From NCBI GenBank assembly GCA_964057225.1, contig OZ059899.1, positions 3,844,001-3,908,000 of the forward strand: 64,000 bases of DNA, read 5' to 3'. The notes beneath the pieces are model-generated. The model searched no databases. It was not told where the DNA came from and saw only the letters and a list, made by a program, of their open reading frames with translations. The position numbers were made by a program, and so were the translations under genes. The first letter of the stretch is position 1. The number at the start of each line of letters is the position of its first letter. Source of the DNA: Auanema rhodensis. Taxonomy: Eukaryota > Animalia > Nematoda. Shown here in pieces: positions 12,301-27,300 of the stretch.

Positions 12301-15300
12301 TCTAAAAACATCTACTTTTTGCTGAATTATTTTGAAATTTTTCGAAAAAATTTTTGTCAAAATGTTTTTGGAAGCAATGTTGAGTGTACATGGAAACTCA
12401 ACATACACTAATGCATCATTTTTCAAACGATCATAACTAATTTTTGTATTAAGCGTTTCTCAATGTAGTATAGTGCATTCGATGCGGATTTTCAAGCTGC
12501 GTCGATCTGTGTTATCAGATTTGCGCTAGCTTAAAAATGCACCGAGATATCAACTGATATAAGTTCACACATATATACCCGATTTTCACCCTGAAGAATT
12601 AATTTTTTCGTTGAATAACATTGTCCATCGTCTTTGCCTTGAAAAATGAAATCTAAAAACATCTACTTTTTGCTGAATTATTTTGAAATTTTTCGAAAAA
12701 ATTTTTGTCAAAATGTTTTTGGAAGCAATGTTGAGTGTACATGGAAACTCAACATACACTAATGCATCATTTTTCAAACGATCATAACTAATTTTTGTAT
12801 TAAGCGTTTCTCAATGTAGTATAGTGCATTCGATGCGGATTTTCAAGCTGCGTCGATCTGTGTTATCAGATTTGCGCTAGCTTAAAAATGCACCGAGATA
12901 TCAACTGATATAAGTTCACACATATATACCCGATTTTCACCCTGAAGAATTAATTTTTTCGTTTAATAACATTGTCCATCGTCTTTGCCTTGAAAAATGG
13001 AATCTAAAAACATCTACTTTTTGCTAAATTATTTTGAAATTTTTCGAAAAAATTTTTGTCAAAATGTTTTTGGAAGCAATGTTGAGTGCACATGGAAACT
13101 CAACATACACTAATGCATCATTTTTCAAACGATCATAACTAATTTTTGTATTAAGCGTTTCTCAATGTAGTATAGTGCATTCGATGCGGATTTTTAAGCT
13201 GCGTCGATCTGTGTTATCAGATTTGCGCTAGCTTAAAAATGCACCGAGATATCAACTGATCTAAGTTCACACTTATATCCTCGATTTTCACCCTGAAGAA
13301 TTAATTTTTTCGTTGAATAACATTGTCCATCGTCTTTGCCTTGAAAAATGAAATCTAAAAACATCTACTTTTTGCTGAATTATTTTGAAATTTTTCGAAA
13401 AAATTTTTGTCAAAATGTTTTTGGAAGCAATGTTGAGTGTACATGGAAACACAACATACACTAATGCATCATTTTTCAAACGATCATAACTAATTTTTGT
13501 ATTAAGCGTTTCTCAATGTAGTATAGTGCATTCGATGCGGATTTTTAAGCTGCGTCGATCTGTGTTATCAGATTTGCGCTAGCTTAAAAATGCACCGAGA
13601 TATCAACTGATATAAGTTTACACTTATATCCTCGATTTTCACCCTGAAGAATTAATTTTTTCGTTGAATAACATTGTCCATCGTCTTTGCCTTGAAAAAA
13701 GGAATCTAAAAACATCTACTTTTTGCTAAATTATTTTGAAATTTTTCGAAAAAATTTTTGTCAAAATGTTTTTGGAAGCAATGTTGAGTGTACATGGAAA
13801 CTCAACATACAGTAATGCATCATTTTTCAAACGATCATAACTAATTTTTGTATTAAGCGTTCTTCAATGTAGTATAGTACATTCGATCCGGATTTTTAAG
13901 CTGCGTCGATCTGTGTTATCAGATTTGCGCTAGCTTAAAAATGCACCGAGATATCAACTGATATAAGTTCACACTTATATCCTCGATTTTCACCCTGAAG
14001 AATTAATTTTTTCGTTGAATAACATTGTCCATCGTCTTTGCCTTGAAAAATGGAATCTAAAAACATCTACTTTTTGCTAAATTATTCTGAAATTTTTCGA
14101 AAAAATTTTTGTCAAAATGTTTTTGGAAGCAATGTTGAGTGTACATGGAAACTCAACATACACTAATGCATCATTTTTCAAACCATCAGAACTAATTTTT
14201 GTATCAAGCGTTTCTCAATGTAGTATAGTGCATTCGATGCGGATTTTTAAGCTGCGTCGATCTGTGTTATCAGATTTGCGCTAGCTTAAAAATGCACCGA
14301 GATATCAACTGATATAAGTTCACACTTATATCCTCGATTTTCACCCTGAAGAATTAATTTTTTCGTTGAATAACCTTGTCCATCGTCTTTGCCTTGAAAA
14401 ATGGAATCTAAAAACATCTACTTTTTGCTAATTTATTTTGAAATTTTTCGAAAAAATTTTTGTCAAAATGTTTTTGGAAGCAATGTTGAGTGTACATGGA
14501 AACTCAACATACATTAATGCATCATTTTTCAAACAATCGTAACTAATTTTTGTATTAAGCGTTCTTCAATGTAGTATAGTGCATTCGATGCGGATTTTTA
14601 AGCTGCGTCGATCTGTGTTATCAGATTTGCGCTAGCTTAAAAATGCACCGAGATATCAACTGATATAAGTTCACACTTATATCCTCGATTTTCACCCTGA
14701 AGAATTAATTTTTTCGTTGAATAACCTTGTCCATCGTCTTTGCCTTGAAAAATGGAATCTAAAAACATCTACTTTTTGCTAAATTATTTTGAAATTTTTC
14801 GAAAAAATTTTTGTCAAAATGTTTTTGGAAGCAATGTTGAGTGTACATGGAAACTCAACATACACTAATGCATCATTTTTCAAACGATCATAACTAATTT
14901 TTGTATTAAGCGTTTCTCAATGTAGTATAGTGCATTCGATGCGGATTTTCAAGCTGCGTCGATCTGTGTTATCAGATTTGCGCTAGCTTAAAAATGCACC
15001 GAGATATCAACTGATATAAGTTCACACATATATACCCGATTTTCACCCTGAAGAATTAATTTTTTCGTTGAATAACATTGTCCATCGTCTTTGCCTTGAA
15101 AAAAGGAATCTAAAAACATCTACTTTTTGCTAAATTATTTTGAAATTTTTCGAAAAAATTTTTGTCAATATGTTTTTGGAAGCAATGTTGAGTGTACATG
15201 GAAACTCAACATACACTAATGCATCATTTTTCAAACGATCATAACTAATTTTTGTATTAAGCGTTTCTCAATGTAGTATAGTGCATTCGATGCGGATTTT

Positions 15301-18300
15301 CAAGCTGCGTCGATCTGTGTTATCAGATTTGCGCTAGCTTAAAAATGCACCGAGATATCAACTGATATAAGTTCACACATATATACCCGATTTTCACCCT
15401 GAAGAATTAATTTTTTCGTTGAATAACATTGTCCATCGTCTTTGCCTTGAAAAAAGGAATCTAAAAACATCTACTTTTTGCTAAATTATTTTGAAATTTT
15501 TGAAAAAATTTTTGTCAAAATGTTTTTGGAAGCAATGTTGAGTGTACATGGAAACTCAACATACACTAATGCATCATTTTTCAAACGATCATAACTAATT
15601 TTTGTATTAAGCGTTTCTCAATGTAGTATAGTGCATTCGATGCGGATTTTCAAGCTGCGTCGATCTGTGTTATCAGATTTGCGCTAGCTTCAAAATGCAC
15701 CGAGATATCAACTGATATAAGTTCACACATATATACCCGATTTTCACCCTGAAGAATTAATTTTTTCGTTGAATAACATTGTCCATCGTCTTCGCCTTGA
15801 AAAATGAATACTAAAAACATCTACTTTTTGCTGAATTATTTTGAAATTTTTCGAAAAAATTTTTGTCAAAATGTTTTTGGAAGCAATGTTGAGTGTACAT
15901 GGAAACTCAACATACACTAATGCATCATTTTTCAAACGATCATAACTAATTTTTGTATTAAGCGTTTCTCAATGTAGTATAGTGCATTCGATGCGGATTT
16001 TCAAGCTGCGTCGATCTGTGTTATCAGATTTGCGCTAGCTTAAAAATGCACCGAGATATCAACTGATATAAGTTCACACATATATACCCGATTTTCACCC
16101 TGAAGAATTAATTTTTTCGTTGAATAACATTGTCCATCGTCTTTGCCTTGAAAAATGGAATCTAAAAACATCTACTTTTTGCTAAATTATTTTGAAATTT
16201 TTCGAAAAAATTTTTGTCAAAATGTTTTTGGAAGCAATGTTGAGTGCACATGGAAACTCAACATACACTAATGCATCATTTTTCAAACGATCATAACTAA
16301 TTTTTGTATTAAGCGTTTCTCAATGTAGTATAGTGCATTCGATGCGGATTTTTAAGCTGCGTCGATCTGCGTTATCAGATTTGCGCTAGCTTAAAAATGC
16401 ACCGAGATATCAACTGATCTAAGTTCACACTTATATCCTCGATTTTCACCCTGAAGAATTAATTTTTTCGTTGAATAACATTGTCCATCGTCTTTGCCTT
16501 GAAAAATGAAATCTAAAAACATCTACTTTTTGCTGAATTATTTTGAAATTTTTCGAAAAAATTTTTGTCAAAATGTTTTTGGAAGCAATGTTGAGTGTAC
16601 ATGGAAACTCAACATACACTAATGCATCATTTTTCAAACGATCATAACTAATTTTTGTATTAAGCGTTTCTCAATGTAGTATAGTGCATTCGATGCGGAT
16701 TTTCAAGCTGCGTCGATCTGTGTTATCAGATTTGCGCTAGCTTAAAAATGCACCGAGATATCAACTGATATAAGTTCACACATATATACCCGATTTTCAC
16801 CCTGAAGAATTAATTTTTTCGTTGAATAACATTGTCCATCGTCTTTGCCTTGAAAAAAGGAATCTAAAAACATCTACTTTTTGCTAAATTATTCTGAAAT
16901 TTTTCGAAAAAATTTTTGTCAAAATGTTTTTGGAAGCAATGTTGAGTGTACATGGAAACTCAACATACACTAATGCATCATTTTTCAAACGATCATAACT
17001 AATTTTTGTATCAAGTGTTTCTCGATGTAGTATAGTGCATTCGATGCGAATTTTTAAGCTGCGTCGATCTGTGTTATCAGATTTGCGCTAGCTTAAAAAT
17101 GCACCGATATATCAACTGATATAAGTTCACACTTATATCCTCGATTTTCACCCTGAAGAATTAATTTTTTCGTTGAATAACATTGTCCATCGTCTTTGCC
17201 TTGAAAATTGGAATCTAAAAACATCTACTTTTTGCTAAATTATCTTGAAATTTTTCGAAAAAATTTCTGTCAAAATGTTTTTGGAAGCAATGTTGAGTGT
17301 ACATGGAAACTCAACATACACTAATGCATCATTTTTCAAACGATCATAACTATTTTTTGTATCAAGTGTTTCTCAATGTAGTATAGTGCATTCGATGCGG
17401 ATTTTTAAGCTGCGTCGATCTGTGTTATCAGATTTGCGCTAGCTTAAAAATGCACCGAGATATCAACTGATCTAAGTTCACACTTATATCCTCGATTTTC
17501 ACCCTGAAGAATTAATTTTTTCGTTGAATAACATTGTCCATCGTCTTTGCCTTGAAAAATGAAATCTAAAAACATCTACTTTTTGCTGAATTATTTTGAA
17601 ATTTTTCGAAAAAATTTTTGTCAAAATGTTTTTGGAAGCAATGTTGAGTGTACATGGAAACTCAACATACACTAATGCATCATTTTTCGAACGATCATAA
17701 CTAATTTTTGTATTAAGCGTTTCTCAATGTAGTATAGTGCATTCGATGCGGATTTTCAAGCTGCGTCGATCTGTGTTATCAGATTTGCGCTAGCTTAAAA
17801 ATGCACCGAGATATCAACTGATATAAGTTCACACATATATACCCGATTTTCACCCTGAAGAATTAATTTTTTCGTTGAATAACATTGTCCATCGTCTTTG
17901 CCTTGAAAAAAGGAATCTAAAAACATCTACTTTTTGCTAAATTATTCTGAAATTTTTCGAAAAAATTTTTGTCAAAATGTTTTTGGAAGCAATGTTGAGT
18001 GTACATGGAAACTCAACATACACTAATGCATCATTTTTCAAACGATCATAACTAATTTTTGTATCAAGTGTTTCTCAATGTAGTATAGTGCATTCGATGC
18101 GAATTTTTAAGCTGCGTCGATCTGTGTTATCAGATTTGCGCTAGCTTAAAAATGCACCGATATATCAACTGATATAAGTTCACACTTATATCCTCGATTT
18201 TCACCCTGAAGAATTAATTTTTTCGTTGAATAACATTGTCCATCGTCTTTGCCTTGAAAAATGGAATCTAAAAACATCTACTTTTTGCTAAATTATTTTG

Positions 18301-21300
18301 AAATTTTTCGAAAAAATTTCTGTCAAAATGTTTTTGGAAGCAATGTTGAGTGTACATGGAAACTCAACATACACTAATGCATCATTTTTCAAACGATCAT
18401 AACTAATTTTTGTATCAAGTGTTTCTCAATGTAGTATAGTGCATTCGATGCGAATTTTTAAGCTGCGTCGATCTGTGTTATCAGATTTGCGCTAGCTTAA
18501 AAATGCACCGATATATCAACTGATATAAGTTCACACTTATATCCTCGATTTTCACCCTGAAGAATTAATTTTTTCGTTGAATAACATTGTCCATCGTCTT
18601 TGCCTTGAAAAATGGAATCTAAAAACATCTACTTTTTGCTAAATTATTTTGAAATTTTTCGAAAAAATTTCTGTCAAAATGTTTTTGGAAGCAATGTTGA
18701 GTGTACATGGAAACTCAACATACACTAATGCATCATTTTTCAAACGATCATAACTAATTTTTGTATCAAGTGTTTCTCAATGTAGTATAGTGCATTCGAT
18801 GCGGATTTTTAAGCTGCGTCGATCTGTGTTATCAGATTTGCGCTAGCTTAAAAATGCACCGAGATATCAACTGATATAAGTTCACACTTATATCCTCGAT
18901 TTTCACCCTGAAGAATTAATTTTTTCGTTGAATAACATTGTCCATCGTCTTTGCCTTGAAAAATGGAATCTAAAAACATCTACTTTTTGCTAAATTATTT
19001 TGAAATTTTTCGAAAAAATTTTTGTCAAAATGTTTTTGGAAGCAATGTTGAGTGCACATGGAAACTCAACATACACTAATGCATCATTTTTCAAACGATC
19101 ATAACTAATTTTTGTATTAAGCGTTTCTCAATGTAGTATAGTGCATTCGATGCGGATTTTTAAGCTGCGTCGATCTGTGTTATCAGATTTGCGCTAGCTT
19201 AAAAATGCACCGAGATATCAACTGATCTAAGTTCACACTTATATCCTCGATTTTCACCCTGAAGAATTAATTTTTTCGTTGAATAACATTGTCCATCGTC
19301 TTTGCCTTGAAAAATGAAATCTAAAAACATCTACTTTTTGCTGAATTATTTTGAAATTTTTCGAAAAAATTTTTGTCAAAATGTTTTTGGAAGCAATGTT
19401 GAGTGTACATGGAAACTCAACATACACTAATGCATCATTTTTCAAACGATCATAACTAATTTTTGTATTAAGCGTTTCTCAATGTAGTATAGTGCATTCG
19501 ATGCGGATTTTCAAGCTGCGTCGATCTGTGTTATCAGATTTGCGCTAGCTTAAAAATGCACCGAGATATCAACTGATATAAGTTCACACATATATACCCG
19601 ATTTTCACCCTGAAGAATTAATTTTTTCGTTGAATAACATTGTCCATCGTCTTTGCCTTGAAAAAAGGAATCTAAAAACATCTACTTTTTGCTAAATTAT
19701 TCTGAAATTTTTCGAAAAAATTTTTGTCAAAATGTTTTTGGAAGCAATGTTGAGTGTACATGGAAACTCAACATACACTAATGCATCATTTTTCAAACGA
19801 TCATAACTAATTTTTGTATCAAGTGTTTCTCAATGTAGTATAGTGCATTCGATGCGAATTTTTAAGCTGCGTCGATCTGTGTTATCAGATTTGCGCTAGC
19901 TTAAAAATGCACCGATATATCAACTGATATAAGTTCACACTTATATCCTCGATTTTCACCCTGAAGAATTAATTTTTTCGTTGAATAACATTGTCCATCG
20001 TCTTTGCCTTGAAAAATGGAATCTAAAAACATCTACTTTTTGCTAAATTATTTTGAAATTTTTCGAAAAAATTTCTGTCAAAATGTTTTTGGAAGCAATG
20101 TTGAGTGTACATGGAAACTCAACATACACTAATGCATCATTTTTCAAACGATCATAACTAATTTTTGTATCAAGTGTTTCTCAATGTAGTATAGTGCATT
20201 CGATGCGGATTTTTAAGCTGCGTCGATCTGTGTTATCAGATTTGCGCTAGCTTAAAAATGCACCGAGATATCAACTGATATAAGTTCACACTTATATCCT
20301 CGATTTTCACCCTGAAGAATTAATTTTTTCGTTGAATAACATTGTCCATCGTCTTTGCCTTGAAAAATGGAATCTAAAAACATCTACTTTTTGCTAAATT
20401 ATTTTGAAATTTTTCGAAAAAATTTTTGTCAAAATGTTTTTGGAAGCAATGTTGAGTGTACATGGAAACTCAACATACACTAATGCATCATTTTTCAAAC
20501 GATCATAACTAATTTTTGTATCAAGTGTTTCTCAATGTAGTATAGTGCATTCGATGCGGATTTTTAAGCTGCGTCGATCTGTGTTATCAGATTTGCGCTA
20601 GCTTAAAAATGCACCGAGATATCAACTGATATAAGTTCACACTTATATCCTCGATTTTCACCCTGAAGAATTAATTTTTTCGTTGAATAACATTGTCCAT
20701 CGTCTTTGCCTTGAAAAATGGAATCTAAAAACATCTACTTTTTGCTAAATTATTTTGAAATTTTTCGAAAAAATTTCTGTCAAAATGTTTTTGGAAGCAA
20801 TGTTGAGTGTACATGGAAACTCAACATACACTAATGCATCATTTTTCAAACGATCATAACTAATTTTTGTATCAAGTGTTTCTCAATGTAGTATAGTGCA
20901 TTCGATGCGGATTTTTAAGCTGCGTCGATCTGTGTTATCAGATTTGCGCTAGCTTAAAAATGCACCGAGATATCAACTGATATAAGTTCACACTTATATC
21001 CTCGATTTTCACCCTGAAGAATTAATTTTTTCGTTGAATAACATTGTCCATCGTCTTTGCCTTGAAAAATGGAATCTAAAAACATCTACTTTTTGCTAAA
21101 TTATTTTGAAATTTTTCGAAAAAATTTTTGTCAAAATGTTTTTGGAAGCAATGTTGAGTGTACATGGAAACTCAACATACACTAATGCATCATTTTTCAA
21201 ACGATCATAACTAATTTTTGTATCAAGTGTTTCTCAATGTAGTATAGTGCATTCGATGCGGATTTTTAAGCTGCGTCGATCTGTGTTATCAGATTTGCGC

Positions 21301-24300
21301 TAGCTTAAAAATGCACCGAGATATCAACTGATATAAGTTCACACTTATATCCTCGATTTTCACCCTGAAGAATTAATTTTTTCGTTGAATAACATTGTCC
21401 ATCGTCTTTGCCTTGAAAAATGGAATTTAAAAACATCTACTTTTTGCTAAATTATTTTGAAATTTTTCGAAAAAATTTTTGTCAAAATGTTTTTGGAAGC
21501 AATGTTGAGTGCACATGGAAACTCAACATACACTAATGCATCATTTTTCAAACGATCATAACTAATTTTTGTATTAAGCGTTTCTCAATGTAGTATAGTG
21601 CATTCGATGCGGATTTTTAAGCTGCGTCGATCTGTGTTATCAGATTTGCGCTAGCTTAAAAATGCACCGAGATATCAACTGATCTAAGTTCACACTTATA
21701 TCCTCGATTTTCACCCTGAAGAATTAATTTTTTCGTTGAATAACATTGTCCATCGTCTTTGCCTTGAAAAATGAAATCTAAAAACATCTACTTTTCGCTG
21801 AATTATTTTGAAATTTTTCGAAAAAATTTTTGTCAAAATGTTTTTGGAAGCAATGTTGAGTGTACATGGAAACTCAACATACACTAATGCATCATTTTTC
21901 AAACGATCATAACTAATTTTTGTATTAAGCGTTTCTCAATGTAGTATAGTGCATTCGATGCGGATTTTCAAGCTGCGTCGATCTGTGTTATCAGATTTGC
22001 GCTAGCTTAAAAATGCACCGAGATATCAACTGATATAAGTTCACACATATATACCCGATTTTCACCCTGAAGAATTAATTTTTTCGTTGAATAACATTGT
22101 CCATCGTCTTTGCCTTGAAAAAAGGAATCTAAAAACATCTACTTTTTGCTAAATTATTCTGAAATTTTTCGAAAAAATTTTTGTCAAAATGTTTTTGGAA
22201 GCAATGTTGAGTGTACATGGAAACTCAACATACACTAATGCATCATTTTTCAAACGATCATAACTAATTTTTGTATTAAGCGTTTCTCAATGTAGTATAG
22301 TGCATTCGATGCGGATTTTCAAGCTGCGTCGATCTGTGTTATCAGATTTGCGCTAGCTTAAAAATGCACCGAGATATCAACTGATATAAGTTCACACATA
22401 TATACCCGATTTTCACCCTGAAGAATTAATTTTTTCGTTGAATAACATTGTCCATCGTCTTTGCCTTGAAAAAAGGAATCTAAAAACATCTACTTTTTGC
22501 TAAATTATTCTGAAATTTTTCGAAAAAATTTTTGTCAAAATGTTTTTGGAAGCAATGTTGAGTGTACATGGAAACTCAACATACACTAATGCATCATTTT
22601 TCAAACGATCATAACTAATTTTTGTATCAAGTGTTTCTCAATGTAGTATAGTGCATTCGATGCGAATTTTTAAGCTGCGTCGATCTGTGTTATCAGATTT
22701 GCGCTAGCTTAAAAATGCACCGAGATATCAACTGATCTAAGTTCACACTTATATCCTCGATTTTCACCCTGAAGAATTAATTTTTTCGTTGAATAACATT
22801 GTCCATCATCTTTGCCTTGAAAAATGAAATCTAAAAACATCTACTTTTTGCTGAATTATTTTGAAATTTTTCGAAAAAATTTTTGTCAAAATGTTTTTGG
22901 AAGCAATGTTGAGTGTACATGGAAACTCAACATACACTAATGCATCATTTTTCAAACGATTATAACTAATTTTTGTATCAAGCGTTTCTCAATGTAGTAT
23001 AGTGCATTCGATGCGGATTTTTAAGCTGCGTCGATCTGTGTTATCAGATTTGCGCTAGCTTAAAAATGCACCGAGATATCAACTGATATAAGTTCACACT
23101 TATATCCTCGATTTTCACCCTGAAGAATTAATTTTTTCGTTGAATAACATTGTCCATCGTCTTTGCCTTGAAAAAAGGAATCTAAAAACATCTACTTTTT
23201 GCTAATTTATTTTGAAATTTTTCGAAAAAATTTTTGTCAAAATGTTTTTGGAAGCAATGTTGAGTGTACATGGAAACTCAACATACACTAATGCATCATT
23301 TTTCAAACGATCATAACTGATTTTTGTATTAAGCGTTCTTCAATGTAGTATAGTACATTCGATCCGGATTTTTAAGCTGCGTCGATCTGTGTTATCAGAT
23401 TTGCGCTAGCTTAAAAATGCACCGAGATATCAACTGATATAAGTTCACATTTATATCCTCGATTTTCACCCTGAAGAATTAATTTTTTCGTTGAATAACA
23501 TTGTCCATCGTCTTTGCCTTGAAAAATGGAATTTAAAAACATCTACTTTTTGCTAAATTATTTTGAAATTTTTCGAAAAAATTTTTGTCAAAATGTTTTT
23601 GGAAGCAATGTTGAGTGCACATGGAAACTCAACATACACTAATGCATCATTTTTCAAACGATCATAACTAATTTTTGTATTAAGCGTTTCTCAATGTAGT
23701 ATAGTGCATTCGATGCGGATTTTTAAGCTGCGTCGATCTGTGTTATCAGATTTGCGCTAGCTTAAAAATGCACCGAGATATCAACTGATCTAAGTTCACA
23801 CTTATATCCTCGATTTTCACCCTGAAGAATTAATTTTTTCGTTGAATAACATTGTCCATCGTCTTTGCCTTGAAAAATGAAATCTAAAAACATCTACTTT
23901 TTGCTGAATTATTTTGAAATTTTTCGAAAAAATTTTTGTCAAAATGTTTTTGGAAGCAATGTTGAGTGTACATGGAAACTCAACATACACTAATGCATCA
24001 TTTTTCAAACGATCATAACTAATTTTTGTATCAAGTGTTTCTCAATGTAGTATAGTGCATTCGATGCGAATTTTTAAGCTGCGTCGATCTGTGTTATCAG
24101 ATTTGCGCTAGCTTAAAAATGCACCGAGATATCAACTGATCTAAGTTCACCCTTATATCCTCGATTTTCACCCTGAAGAATTAATTTTTTCGTTGAATAA
24201 CATTGTCCATCATCTTTGCCTTGAAAAATGAAATCTAAAAACATCTACTTTTTGCTGAATTATTTTGAAATTTTTCGAAAAAATTTTTGTCAAAATGTTT

Positions 24301-27300
24301 TTGGAAGCAATGTTGAGTGTACATGGAAACTCAACATACACTAATGCATCATTTTTCAAACGATTATAACTAATTTTTGTATCAAGCGTTTCTCAATGTA
24401 GTATAGTGCATTCGATGCGGATTTTTAAGCTGCGTCGATCTGTGTTATCAGATTTGCGCTAGCTTAAAAATGCACCGAGATATCAACTGATATAAGTTCA
24501 CACTTATATCCTCGATTTTCACCCTGAAGAATTAATTTTTTCGTTGAATAACATTGTCCATCGTCTTTGCCTTGAAAAAAGGAATCTAAAAACATCTACT
24601 TTTTGCTAATTTATTTTGAAATTTTTCGAAAAAATTTTTGTCAAAATGTTTTTGGAAGCAATGTTGAGTGTACATGGAAACTCAACATACACTAATGCAT
24701 CATTTTTCAAACGATCATAACTAATTTTTGTATTAAGCGTTCTTCAATGTAGTATAGTACATTCGATCCGGATTTTTAAGCTGCGTCGATCTGTGTTATC
24801 AGATTTGCGCTAGCTTAAAAATGCACCGAGATATCAACTGATATAAGTTCACATTTATATCCTCGATTTTCACCATGAAGAATTAATTTTTTCGTTGAAT
24901 AACATTGTCCATCGTCTTTGCCTTGAAAAATGGAATTTAAAAACATCTACTTTTTGCTAAATTATTTTGAAATTTTTCGAAAAAATTTTTGTCAAAATGT
25001 TTTTGGAAGCAATGTTGAGTGCACATGGAAACTCAACATACACTAATGCATCATTTTTCAAACGATCATAACTAATTTTTGTATTAAGCGTTTCTCAATG
25101 TAGTATAGTGCATTCGATGCGGATTTTTAAGCTGCGTCGATCTGTGTTATCAGATTCGCGCTAGCTTAAAAATGCACCGAGATATCAACTGATCTAAGTT
25201 CACACTTATATCCTCGATTTTCACCCTGAAGAATTAATTTTTTCGTTGAATAACATTGTCCATCGTCTTTGCCTTGAAAAATGAAATCTAAAAACATCTA
25301 CTTTTTGCTGAATTATTTTGAAATTTTTCGAAAAAATTTTTGTCAAAATGTTTTTGGAAGCAATGTTGAGTGTACATGGAAACTCAACATACACTAATGC
25401 ATCATTTTTCAAACGATCATAACTAATTTTTGTATTAAGCGTTTCTCAATGTAGTATAGTGCATTCGATGCGGATTTTCAAGCTGCGTCGATCTGTGTTA
25501 TCAGATTTGCGCTAGCTTAAAAATGCACCGAGATATCAACTGATATAAGTTCACACTAATATCCTCGATTTTCACCCTGAAGAATTAATTTTTTCGTTGA
25601 ATAACATTGTCCATCGTCTTTGCCTTGAAAAAAGGAATCTAAAAACATCTACTTTTTGCTAATTTATTTTGAAATTTTTCGAAAAAATTTTTGTCAAAAT
25701 GTTTTTGGAAGCAATGTTGAGTGTACATGGAAACTCAACATACACTAATGCATCATTTTTCAAACGATCATAACTAATTTTTGTATTAAGCGTTCTTCAA
25801 TGTAGTATAGTACATTCGATCCGGATTTTTAAGCTGCGTCGATCTGTGTTATCAGATTTGCGCTAGCTTAAAAATGCACCGAGATATCAACTGATATAAG
25901 TTCACATTTATATCCTCGATTTTCACCCTGAAGAATTAATTTTTTCGTTGAATAACATTGTCCATCGTCTTTGCTTTGAAAAATGGAATCTAAAAACATC
26001 TACTTTTTGCTAAATTATTTTGAAATTTTTCGAAAAAATTTTTGTCAAAATGTTTTTGGAAGCAATGTTGAGTGTACATGGAAACTCAACATACACTAAT
26101 GCATCATTTTTCAAACGATCATAACTAATTTTTGTATCAAGTGTTTCTCAATGTAGTATAGTGCATTCGATGCGGATTTTTAAGCTGCGTCGATCTGTGT
26201 TATCAGATTTGCGCTAGCTTAAAAATGCACCGAGATATCAACTGATATAAGTTCACACTTATATCCTCGATTTTCACCCTGAAGAATTAATTTTTTCGTT
26301 GAATAACATTGTCCATCGTCTTTGCCTTGAAAAATGGAATCTAAAAACATCTACTTTTTGCTAAATTATTTTGAAATTTTTCGAAAAAATTTTTGTCAAA
26401 ATGTTTTTGGAAGCAATGTTGAGTGTACATGGAAACTCAACATACACTAATGCATCATTTTTCAAACGATTATAACTAATTTTTGTATCAAGCGTTTCTC
26501 AATGTAGTATAGTGCATTCGATGCGGATTTTCAAGCTGCGTCGATCTGTGTTATCAGATTTGCGCTAGCTTAAAAATGCACCGAGATATCAACTGATATA
26601 AGTTCACACATATATACCCGATTTTCACCCTGAAGAATTAATTTTTTCGTTGAATAACATTGTCCATCGTCTTTGCCTTGCAAAAAGGAATCTAAAAACA
26701 TCTACTTTTTGCTAAATTATTCTGAAATTTTTCGAAAAAATTTTTGTCAAAATGTTTTTGGAAGCAATGTTGAGTGTACATGGAAACTCAACATACACTA
26801 ATGCATCATTTTTCAAACGATCATAACTAATTTTTGTATCAAGTGTTTCTCAATGTAGTATAGTGCATTCGATGCGAATTTTTAAGCTGCGTCGATCTGT
26901 GTTATCAGATTTGCGCTAGCTTAAAAATGCACCGAGATATCAACTGATCTAAGTTCACACTTATATCCTCGATTTTCACCCTGAAGAATTAATTTTTTCG
27001 TTGAATAACATTGTCCATCATCTTTGCCTTGAAAAATGAAATCTAAAAACATCTACTTTTTGCTGAATTATTTTGAAATTTTTCGAAAAAATTTTTGTCA
27101 AAATGTTTTTGGAAGCAATGTTGAGTGTACATGGAAACTCAACATACACTAATGCATCATTTTTCAAACGATTATAACTAATTTTTGTATCAAGCGTTTC
27201 TCAATGTAGTATAGTGCATTCGATGCGGATTTTTAAGCTGCGTCGATCTGTGTTATCAGATTTGCGCTAGCTTAAAAATGCACCGAGATATCAACTGATA

